This document shows, one piece after another, positions 12,801-29,600 of a DNA stretch of 64,000 nucleotides. Within the stretch, counting starts at the first letter, position 1. Each line of letters begins with the position of its first letter. The notes below the pieces were generated by a model, which saw nothing but the letters and a program-made list of their open reading frames with translations, made no database searches and was not told the origin of the DNA. The stretch is from positions 124,001 through 188,000 of the forward strand of contig NMRA01000475.1 of the NCBI GenBank assembly GCA_002633005.1. The letters are read 5' to 3'. Made by a program: the position numbers and the translations under genes. This DNA comes from Phoronis australis. Taxonomy: Eukaryota; Animalia; Phoronida.

Positions 12801-15800
12801 AATTGGTCCAAAAAGGTTTAGCCAAGTAATTATGAGCTCCTCATAACCCAGAAATAATTTATAGAAATCATTTCAATTATTAACAGTTATGTATTTTTGA
12901 TTGGAAACGCTACGCTTTATCTGAAATGAGATTTAAGTATTTTTCAGAATTAGTTATTTGAAGCGCAAGGCAGGCTCCTGATGATACAGCAAGGTATTGA
13001 ATACTCGTAATACCTTTCTGTATTGAAATATTAGTTGCACATTTGTAGTCTTTGTTATAATCAGACTTAGCACTGTTGTTTTATGGGGTTTGAGTATATA
13101 GTTTGGAGAACTTTGACCGTTACTTATTTAGATAGGTTTCCATGCTAGGCTCGCGCTAGATATTACAATGGACTCTCGAAATTGATTAAAAAGTTTGAAA
13201 ATTTTGAGCTATCGTGAAAAGTTAATGCAAAACGTTTGATTTTTGCCAGTACGCAGCACTTGATAAAGTACACTACTGCACTACTGTTTTTCATAGCATG
13301 CTTTTTACTAATGGATAAAACGAAAAAATGGACATTGTAGAATAACTCTTACTAGTGAACCAGCATAAGACAATAAGCTAAATAAATATTTGAGTTCATT
13401 CAACAGTAATAACTTTATTGCTCTTTTCACACTCTCCTGTTTCTAATCTGGGAAGGAGTTTACTGGACAAGATCTCAAATAAAAAATATATTCCAGTTTT
13501 GAAATGTCCAACGCATGGTTATACCTGTTTTGATGAATACAAACTGGACTGGTATAGTAATTATTACTGATGCTGCTGTGTTGTTATGTCTAAGCTATAA
13601 TTTAATATACACTATCTTCCATTATGCAGAGATCATATTCACAGACAAGGTAGAGGAAGCGTTCCGTGACATTGACGTAGCCATTCTGGTGGGTGCCATG
13701 CCCCGCCGTGAAGGCATGGAACGGAAGGACCTTCTGGCAGCCAACGTCAAGATCTTCAAGGAGCAGGGTGACGCCCTGGAAAAGTTTGCCAAGAAGACTG
13801 TCAAGGTAGAACTGTGAAGACTTTTGTACTCTTTAAATTTTAACACGTCTGAGTTTCATCTATGTTAGTGATGCTAGATAAGTCAGTATAGTTACTTTAT
13901 GGGTATAGTTTTGGTGAAGTCGCAAATACTGCTACTGCCTATATTTAGTAAGGAGTTACTATACACAATACTTTTCTTGTCATAATTTACTGTTACTGTC
14001 TGTGTTTAGTGAGGGGTTGTTATCTTTTGGTTCCTCAAATGGATTTTACACATTCAAATTTTGATAAAACTAAAAGTCATGTATTAGGATCCCAAAAGAT
14101 TTTTAATATCTCCTGAGAGATCCATATACTGATGGATTTTTGCTGTGTTAAAAAACAATTTTTACCTTGCATGTGGCCAGTCCAGCTGTTGCAGACTCTG
14201 GTATTGCTTTTCTCTTTGTAGGTTGTCGTCGTTGGCAACCCAGCCAATACAAACGCTCTGATGGCAAGCCACTTTGCCCCATCAATACCACGCAAGAATT
14301 TCTCATGTCTTACCAGACTGGACCAGAGTCGAGCAAAGTTCCAGGTACTGATTAAGCATGTTGTGTGCACATTCGCACGTCTTCGTCTTGACATTGCAAC
14401 CAAATTTTAGACCTGTCAACTGATTTTATTTTCTTTCGCTTGGATTATGAGACAGTGCTTTTTGATCATGCATTTAGTTGTATATCTTGGCAAGGTTTTT
14501 GAACCCATTCTTAAAATTATAGCAAATGATGAGGTTAACAGGTAGCTGTTTGGATGTGTGACTACACAATTTACTGAGATAATTATCAAACTACTGCACA
14601 AAACTTTTCAATTTATTGGTTAACTACTGTGCAGCGCAAGTTGATCAAAATAGCTGTCTTGTGGCTCAGTTTTGCCTAATCTGGCATTAAATGTACAAGG
14701 TCTGTGAATGGGGTATTGTGCAACACTTATAGCCACAATATCAGTGGAGATTAGACAAAATTACAACTAACTTGTTGCTGATATAGATACATACTTGAAG
14801 CTTTATTTCCCAAAATTCACACTTTCCAGATTGCAGCCAAGTTGGGTGTTGCCGTGAATGCTGTGAAAAACGTTACTATCTGGGGCAACCATTCTTCTAC
14901 CCAATACCCAGATGTTAATCATGCCACAGTGGAGGTCAACGGTGAGACGGTCCCTGTTCGAAAAGCCGTGAAAGACGATGCTTGGCTGAATGGTCAATTC
15001 ATCAAGGTAAATGCTACTGCTGTGTCCATACTGAGTTCGTTTTTTTAATCCACATATACGTATTATGTTCAGAGTTAATTTTGCTCTCATCTTGATCTAG
15101 AGCGTATGATCTCCAAACTTTATTCGAGACTTGACTTTATGATGTGATATTGCATGATTACTCAAAGCATGGAATCAATCGATCAATTATCGAGACTAGT
15201 CTCCAGAGAAGTTCGATGACCAGATGCTCAGAGTTAGTTACTATGTGGTCTTGTAGAAGGCCATCCGTGGTCTTTGCCTGGTTATATCTTCCAAAAGTGC
15301 CTTGGTGGAGCGTGTTACTGAATGAAGAGCATGGCAGAGGTCATTTTTCAGACGTGTTACCTGTGAAGCTCCCGTAGCGGCCATTTTGTTTTTTGCAACC
15401 TCCTCTCTGTTGATCAAGTCACGTGAAAATCTGTTGGAAAACTTGTGTTAAAGATCTCCCTGGGACATAATTGGAAACATGTCTTTATTAGGAAGGGATT
15501 ACATCTGCTAAAGACTGTTGCTGCCCCCAAAATTAGCATTTTTTGAGTTTTGGGATTCAAAAAATTATCACTTGGTCGTTTTTTACATTGTAGGTTGTGG
15601 CATTGGCTCATATATGTGGAATGTAAGTGACTTTATTGTCTTTTGTTTCCGTTCATGTGAAATTTTGTGCTTGACAGACTGTCCAGACCCGCGGTGCTGC
15701 CGTCATCAAGGCTCGCAAGCTATCCAGTGCTATGTCCGCTGCTAAGGCAACCTGTGACCACATGAGGGACTGGTTCTTTGGAACCGCTGATGTAAGTATT

Positions 15801-17691
15801 AAGTCTGGTAGCAAGATTCTCCACACTCAAAAATTCAAACAGATCGCGTTTACAACCTTTTTAAGACAATTTGCTGCCCGTACACATCATAGCAAACACT
15901 CAAAACTAATACTTTTTGTTCAGAATGAAAAAATCAATTTTGTGTCGTGCTATTTAAACAAGTCAGAGGCAAAATCAAACAGGTCACGATGACCTGTTAA
16001 AACATGTCATGGAGAACACTGGGTAGTGTGTGTGTATATGTGCGTTTATGTGTGTCGTCCATTAAGTTGCTATTGTAACAGGCACCTTGCACTGTGCTTG
16101 CACTGCTTGAACATGGAGGAAATGGGAAATAATTTAAAACAGAATTCCAGGATTTTTGGACATTCTGTCAAAGGCTGGGGCCTAAAATGACTTGGGAAAT
16201 TGGTTGCTGTTTTGTGAAAAAGTCAAGTAGTCAAAATTCGTGTATTGCCGATGCTGGAAGTTGACGTCGCAATAATGCATCACACTTTTATTGTCTGTCA
16301 TTTGTGAAATCGTTTTTTGTTGCCTCCTATTTAGCTATTTTTATTGTTTTTTGTTTGTAAGTTGAGTGAGCAATTACTGGGGACCCCATACCTTATCTAT
16401 TTTTAGAATCCACTAGTTGTTAATGGTATCAGTCAGCGTGCTGGAGTCGGACTCTGAAAATTAAAATATGGGTATTAGTGGTACAATTAGGACACAGTTT
16501 GCATATTTTGCTTGTAAGTTTGCTGCTGAATTTCGCTGTAATGGCTGTGTTTCGATCTTTCGAGTTTGTGGCTCAATTGTGCTACTTATCATTGAATGGA
16601 TTCCAAGAATAAGGGCAAGAATTGTTCAGCTGTTGTAAAAATTATCCGCAACCCTTTTACAAGCAAGAATCAACACATAGTTTGAGAAACACGGCTAGAC
16701 AAACCAAGAGTACCATTGGCAGACACTGAAAAGAATAGCTTCCAGTTTTGGGAATGCCTGATTATAGACAGTTAGAATGTTTTACTAAAGTTACATTCAA
16801 GCTCTAAGATTCCACTAAACAAAAAAACATCTTGCAACTTTCCTTTAGTGTTGCAGCGAGATCACCTATTTCAATTCCTATTTCGAGGAGTGGTTTAAAA
16901 CGATGTCTGGGTGGAGATGTTAGACAAAGCCATGCTTTGTGTATGTACAATGTCCTAAGTGGAGAAGTTGCATGGGGGCACTTCAAGTGATGACTTTCAC
17001 CAGTATGTGTTTAACATGGCAGTCAACATCATTTTGTACAACTTACAATACCTGGAAAATTTGAGACGGAATATGTATATTTTATTTGTGTTTATGCACA
17101 CTTGTACAGAGTGTTTTGCTTTGGGTCATTTTGTGCCATGTTGAATGTGTTGGTTCACCATGAAGGCATTTTATCTCTATTGATTAGTTAGACACAGATA
17201 AGGTGCTCTGGCATGACACAGATAAGGTGCTCTGGCTTGAATCATTGAGTTAAGTCTGGTCATACTGTTTATTTTTGAACTTTGTTAACTCAACTGATTG
17301 GGCAGTTGTGTTGGAAAATTGGGAAGTGATATTTGAGTAAAGGTGTCATAGCTGTGATGCAGTAATGTAGACACTAAAATTATTCAGCATTAAATGGCTG
17401 AATTGTTTTACGGACTGTATTGCCTTTATGGTTTGGCTTCACTTGTCTCGTGTTGGCACGGTGTCTTCTATTCTGTTTGTGCAGGGCGAATGGACCTCGA
17501 TGGGCGTTCTCTCTGATGGTTCGTACGGTATCCCCGAAGGCCTAATGTACAGTTTCCCAGTTACGATCAAGGATGGTGATTACTCTATCGTACAGGGGCT
17601 CTCTATTGATGACTTCTCTCGCGAGAAGATGGACGCCACAGCCAAGGAACTACTGCAAGAAAAAGCTACCGCCGAGCAAGAGTGTCAGTGA
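6851..17691 (+). CDS. MDH1: Cytosolic malate dehydrogenase
   Basis: ATG-only first coding exon at 6851-6853 (duplicate copy at 8574-8576), then exons 10228-10329, 10875-10971, 13630-13805, 14222-14344, 14830-15006, 15678-15791 and 17485-17691. Motifs: [75 protein letters not shown]. Confidence 0.97.
8451..9941 (+). other. Near-identical duplicate of 6728-8090 (MDH1 first exon region), probably an uncollapsed haplotype
   Basis: Starts immediately after the single N at 8450 and is colinear with copy 1 apart from SNPs, small indels and a MITE. Confidence 0.8.
9785..9934. mobile_element. 150-bp MITE with CTG TSD (possibly PIF/Harbinger-like)
   Basis: TIRs ggccctgttgcataaa / tttatgcaactcagcc (13/16 match). 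CTG is duplicated at 9782-9784 and 9935-9937. The empty site acctggagat is present in the duplicate copy at 8081. Confidence 0.8.
11046..12679 (+). mobile_element. HINE/pearl-like (Helentron-associated) non-autonomous element with an internal ~150-bp tandem array
   Basis: T-run start, 5' hairpin atgcgtccac..gtgggcgcat, (CGTC)n microsatellite near 11095-11115, internal ~150-bp units in a ~446-bp trimer, 3' sub-TIR gtgggtgcat and terminal gctcttgtt. The family assignment is inferred from this architecture. Confidence 0.7.
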
Positions 17692-17706
17692 CAGTCAAAA
17701 CTGTGA
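17689..17706 (+). other. MDH1: Putative stop-codon readthrough extension of MDH1 encoding PTS1 (X-Q-S-K-L-stop)
   Basis: The sequence reads TGA CAG TCA AAA CTG TGA in frame with the MDH1 CDS. The six nt after the stop (CAGTCA) fit CARYYA, and the extension ends in SKL. Confidence 0.75.
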
Positions 17707-17933
17707 GACACATGCTCCTCGTCGGGTCTAAGGCACCAGTTAACAATGATTATTGTATTGGTGGTTGTATAAGTATATACAACTATTAGAACAACATATG
17801 CTTTGAAACTTAACTATTTGTAGATCCGTGGCTTTAATATGCTACCAAGCTTTTACTACAATGTATGTTTGCTTAATTCCACTGAATTCTAAGCCCATTT
17901 TGGAAGTAGTGGTTTGTTAAAAGTTGTTAGTTT

Positions 17934-18040
17934 TAGTTTGTGGGAGTGCATAGTCTTGCATGCACTGTGTAGTTTGTGGGAGTGCATAGTCTTGCATGCA
18001 CTGTGTAGTTTGTGGGAGTGCATAGTCTTGCATGCACTGT
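17934..18040. repeat. 35-bp tandem repeat, 3 copies, in the MDH1 3'UTR
   Basis: tagtttgtgggagtgcatagtcttgcatgcactgtg x3. Confidence 0.9.
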
Positions 18041-18310
18041 GTTGTCTGCATTGAAGGTTAAGTAGCCTGCTTGTTTGTGTGTCTTGCAGTTCATGGAAAC
18101 AGTTCTATTTGACATTTTCGGTCATTCTTGTCATAAATGGAAGTTGTGAACAACCCTAGTTTTTCTAGTTTACCTATAAATCATTGTTTCAAATTTGTTC
18201 AATCTGTGAGACAATTGCTGTGAAAATGTTTGTGGACACATTTTAATGATTGCTTTGAATGTTAAGGATTTGGCAAAATAGACGATGGAGTAAAATTTGA
18301 GAAATGTTGT

Positions 18311-18322
18311 TTTATTAATAAA
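18311..18322. terminator. Palindromic TTTATTAATAAA: candidate poly(A) signals for both MDH1 (+) and ALKBH6 (-)
   Basis: AATAAA on + at 18317-18322 and on - at 18311-18316, between the two convergent stop codons. Confidence 0.55.
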
Positions 18323-18818
18323 CTCACTAGTACATTAATAACATTGATGTTTACGCTGAGCGGAGCAATATTAAAGGGACAGTTCTTCTTTACTCATCAC
18401 CAAAAACAACTTTCAAACCAAGGCACTTAGCAACAGAAAATCCATTCAATATGATAACCGACACTGCTTCTCATCTACAAACGGTCGTAGGCATGTAAAA
18501 AGGGTGTGCAAATGTCATCAATTTAGACAGCCACTTTTAAATTTGGTACACTCCATAGCAATTGCAGGCGATTTGTGAATTTGTTTTGAAAGTTATAAAC
18601 CGATTACCATTTTGGCTAGAAATGTAAGACCATTTAATCAAATGGACCTACTTTGTGCTTTCCAGATTTAATGGTGCAAGTTTGAAGGAAATGTACAGTT
18701 AATTTCTAAAACTATAATCATTGCACGATGGCTATTCTTAAAACTCATATGACGATTAATTTATCAACATGCAAGCAATGATACAAGACCCACAAATAAT
18801 TCATTTCAACAAATTGCC

Positions 18819-24532
<5,714 letters not shown>

Positions 24533-24559
24533 TCTATTTTTCAAGTATCATGTATGTGC

Positions 24560-24770
24560 CAGCGTCACGAGCTTCGCTTAGTCTCGCGCTAGCCTTTGCC
24601 TAACTCACGTGACTCAGTACCTTGAACTACTTTGTGGTTATCGCGCACGACGAAAAAGTTGACGGTGACCAAAAAGTGGAGTTGGAATTCTTTGCCAAAG
24701 TCACCTTAATTCTCGTGACTAAGCTTCATTGAAGATATGTGTAGAAGTAGAAAGGACCACTGAAGAAAGT
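24560..24770. promoter_or_regulatory. Putative bidirectional promoter for ALKBH6 and DICER1, with a non-coding Dicer first exon ending ~24768
   Basis: Divergent genes, local CpG enrichment, overlapping E-box TCACGTGA (24605-24612) and AP-1-like TGACTCA (24610-24616), and a donor gtaagc at 24769. Function is inferred. Confidence 0.5.
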
Positions 24771-26663
24771 AAGCACTTTTTTAAGTGACTGATAGTTTTA
24801 AGTGTGGCATGTATTTTTGACGAGGTGAAAACTCCTAATCGGTGGCCGAATTTGGCCTACCGTCCATTTAAAATACACGGGAAATTCGCACAGAAAGTGA
24901 TGGGAAGTATTGTAGCCCCTAACCGGAAAACCGAGGCGAGGGGCTACGCCGTTGCCAGGCGTTGCCTAGAATGACCCTAGTTGCATACTCACTTTAAACG
25001 AAAAAATAAGTAAAAATATCAAAAGTGAAAAACGAGACAGTTGTACTTGCTCCTGGGAAAAATTTCACTAACACTACAAACGATGACCCGTTTCATCTTA
25101 AGGTGAGTGGAAATCAAGCACCCGTGGTTTTGACTTGAAAGTTGCAGACGATTTTTTCAACAATTCAACAGCCACCAAGACCAAGCCCAAGGATAGGGTT
25201 ACTGCAAGTATACCTCATGATTTGACGTGCGGGCAAACTAGGAACTCAGCAGCGAAGTAAATAATGCGGATGTACAAAGGGCAATTACATATACAAAGAA
25301 AATGACTCAAAAGACCATATAAATGAAGATATTCACATTTTTAACAAGAAAGTCATCCAACTTCCTGTTCTCGACGGCCATAGCTATCCCACAGTTCAAC
25401 AATTTGGTGAACGTGAAGAGAGACTATTTTTTCACATTTCCAGGTGATTGAAAATAAGAATATATTATTGCTTACTGACATTAGATATTCGATAAAAATG
25501 TCTTTGCTCCAACCAAATCTGACCATAGATTACAGACTAGTCTATAATCTAACAAAAGTGAAAACCCAAACTACCGCCACAGTGGCACCTGGCGAGAGTC
25601 ACGAACATGAAAACGAAACAACGGAAAACATGAGGTGCTTAGCGAGACGTTGTTGATCAAATTTAACTGTAAGCATTGGGTGCCACTGATCATTTACTGG
25701 TACCGATTATGGTTGTATCCAAATCTTTGGTGTTAGCAGTTTAGACATGAATTTTCCAAGCACTTACTGCCGCAAGAATAGAGACTGATCGGGCAAGAGG
25801 CTTGTCGGGTCCATTGTCTGTGTGCTCGGGTAGTCAACACATTATTTCTCAACTCTAGTTGAGTATGCCGCTGTCGTTGTCACTGCAAAATAATAAAAAT
25901 AAATACCACTGTACAACACTATTTCAGTTATTTATATTATAACACTGGCTTTTCATACATGACTTAAGATTTCCAAACATTGTGCAAAGGATTTCAAACA
26001 TGATATGGCACCATGCCATGGAGCAGAACACTTTCACGACATTATTATCTAGCATGATGGAACCTTTTGAAAATAATTACGAATGCTGCAACATTTGTTC
26101 AGTTCCAGTGAAGAATTTAAAGGCATCCTTGTTCTCCAAAGTTGACCCTCTAGGCGCAAAGGGTGCTCAATGCGACATATGACTTAAGAGGTTTAAAGCC
26201 ATAGACAGTCAGTGAGCTGTTTTATAATGTGCCATTGCCTCATCTGATTTGTGTCCAAGACTTAAGTGGTGTACCCCCAACATCTTAAGTGCAGGTATCA
26301 TCTTCCTCAACCAGTTAGGAATTTGTTTTTAAATGTGAAGGAATTATAGAATGGTGTATGTTAATAATTTGGACCCAGCTGATTAACAGTGAAGCTTTCT
26401 TCATTTTGAAAGTTTCTGAACTTAACACATTACTTAAAACTGTGCATGTGTTCTGTTTTGGTTATCTACAATTTACAAATATGTTAATTTTGTTTCCGTG
26501 TGGATGAAGTGTCCACATTAATTTAATTTTTGCATTTTATTAGATCTACCAATGGCTGTCACCATTGACATCATTAAATTTCCTTCCATATGTCTAGTAA
26601 ATCTCTGTTTTATCAATTATTTTGCTTTATTTGTAGGAGCCTACTTTTGTCCTGTCATCAATT

Positions 26664-29600
26664 ATGTCTAATTCAAAGAAGTCACGTCAGCACAGTGTAC
26701 AAGTGGCAACAGACTCCTTCACCAAGATGAGTCACCAAGCTCACCTACTGGAGCAGGCCCTGCAGCAGAATACAGTCGTCTGTCTTGGGTCAGAAATGGG
26801 AAAGTTCTTCATTGCTGTCTCGATGATCAGAGAATTAGCTCACCAAGTACGGAAACCAATCACTGACGGAGGCAAACTCATCGTGTTGCTGTTTTATGAA
26901 GGTACCGTTTCCAGAAGGTTTTTATTTTTTACCGCATTGATGCTGTGAATGGTTGATGTATTTGCAAAATGTCATGGAAGCTGCTTAGATTTTGTCAAAG
27001 TTTTGGCTAGGAGAATGAGGGAAATCAAAACATTAGCAAAGAACTATCATTAGATTTTTGACATACGGATTTATTTTTCATTTTAGTTGAAGACTTTACA
27101 TTGTCTGCCCAGCTGAAATGGGTTTACTTCCAAGATGGTCATGTTTGTTTGTCTGAAGACATTACCTTCAGTTGTGTGCCTAACTGACATGCATGTATTT
27201 CCAAGATAGTCGTATTTGTTTGGCTCAGTTTTGATTCAATTTCCTCAATGCTCATTGTAATATGCACATAAAATGATATGTGGAATTGTACGTTTCAGAG
27301 TCTCAAGCTTCTCAGCATACAAGCTGTATACAACTTCATACTGATCTTAAAGTTTGCATGTTCCCCAAAGACTGCAACCCCCAGGAGCAGAATTCAAAGG
27401 TTACAGGTCACCATGTTTTGGTCATGACCCCATGTGTACTTCATGCCTTTCTGACCAATGGTGTAATGTCACTGATTCAGGTCAACCTCATCATCGTTGA
27501 TGAGTGTCATCGTGCCATTAACGATGACGTCTTCCATCGTATTATGCAGTGCTATGATAGTTGTCAGTCGCATCAATGTCCTCGTATTTTAGGAATTACT
27601 ACAACTGTGCTAAATGATAAATGTGACTCGCCTTCAGAACTTGAACGAGAGCTGAATAGTTTAGAGTCTGTTATGCGGTCATCCGTGCAGGCGTCTAAAG
27701 ACGTTCTTAGCTCTGACGTTTTCTCGCATCAAGTAGAAGAAACGATTCTACATTGTGAACAGTACAATGATCAAAGTGGCCTTGTAAAGGATATCGACGA
27801 CATTCTGGAATCGTGTTTTGCGTTCATGAAAGGTTGTAAATTGTCGAGCGAAGAAGTCAATGGTGATTATGACCCATGGAGTATTCCTCGGTTTGTCTAC
27901 TCAGAATGCCAACTGGTCCTCCATCTACTTGGTCCATGGTGTGCTAGTCGCGTTGCGCAGGCTTTTGTTCGCCAACTGAACAAGTTAATCGAGGTAGAGA
28001 CTGCAATACTGCGACGCCAGCTTCTCCAGTGGGCTCATACACAACTACAAATGATCAGCACACTGTTTGAGTTCTCTTTCAACCAGGTCATGTGCCTGGA
28101 TGACTTCAAGAAGCTTATAAGTTCAAAGGTCAAACAGCTGTTGGAAGTCCTTTACACCTTCAAGCCAGCTGATAATTACACCATCGGTATGCTTGTTTTT
28201 ATTGAAATAGGTTTGCTTCAAATGAAAGGAAAATATGGGTATTTTTACAGGTATGACACTGAATTCATGGAACTTGAATAACTCTTTCTGTCAAGATTGG
28301 CTCTGTTGACCGGTAGAGTTCATGTTACTAACTGTCATGGTACGCTTTCAATGTTTGGCCGTGATAGTAGAAAATTATTACTTACAACATTAATCTAATT
28401 AAAAAGATTAAAAAGTAAGCAACTTTACTCAAGCTGAGACAATAATGTTCACGCTTGGCCAATAGTATTCAAGTATTTTAGGCCTGCATTATTCAAGATT
28501 CCAAACTAAGCTGGCATAAACTTGTTAGCAACATGACAGTTGAGTGCACTGCGCAATGCCATATGCAAATTGGCCATGGGATAAGTTTATNAGACTGCAA
28601 TACTGCGACGTCAGCTTCTCCAGTGGGCTCATACACAACTACAAATGATCAGCACACTGTTTGAGTTCTCTTTCAACCAGGTCATGTGCCTAGATGACTT
28701 CAAGAAGCTCATAAGTTCAAAGGTCAAACAGCTGTTGGAAGTCCTTTACACCTTCAAGCCAGCTGATAATTACACCATTGGTATGCTTTTTTTTATAGAA
28801 ATAGGTTTGCTTCAAATGAAAGGAAAATATGGGTATTTTTAGAGGTACGACACTGAATTCATGGAACTTGAATAACTCTTTCTGTCAAGATTGGCTCTGT
28901 TGACCGGTAGAGTTCATGTTACTAACTGTCATGGTACGCTTTCAATGTTTGGCCGTGATAGTAGAAAATTATTACTTACAACATTAATCTAATTAAAAAG
29001 ATTAAAAAGTAAGCAACTTTACTCAAGCTGAGACAATAATGTTCACGCTTGGCCAATAGTATTCAAGTATTTTAGGCCTGCATTATTCAAGATTCCAAAC
29101 TAAGCTGGCATAAACTTGTTAGCAACATGACAGTTGAGTGCACTGCGCAATGCCATATGCAAATTGGCCATGGGATAAGTTTATTTTGATCACCATTTGA
29201 CAAGAACATATGTTTTGTTTGATTATGTAATTCACGTAAAATAGCTTGAATGCTATTGACCGGCAATCTTATGCTTGAACGGCAATGGTTACTAAGAGAA
29301 AATTTTTTTTGAGCTTGGAATTCAATCTTGAAAAAGATTACTGGCTCAACAAGCTTTTCCATATCTTTTGACAATTAGCCTGATATACCCCTGTCGTCTT
29401 TGTACTCACTTAGTCCTTCTCAAAGTAACTGAGCCATGGTTAGAACATTAGCAGGGATATTCAAGCTTTGAGAAAAATGTCAAGATGACATACCATTAAT
29501 CTTGATCAAGCATGGTCAATTCAAAGTTAATTAAGTTGGGTAGAAAATAAAATGTCTCGCTCCATCATGGTCTACTTGTAATAACTTATAATTTTTAGCT

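Noticed and set aside
17689-18322. MDH1 UGA decoded as selenocysteine
   Set aside because: I saw no SECIS-like core with correct spacing in the MDH1 3'UTR. Leaky readthrough explains the extension more simply.
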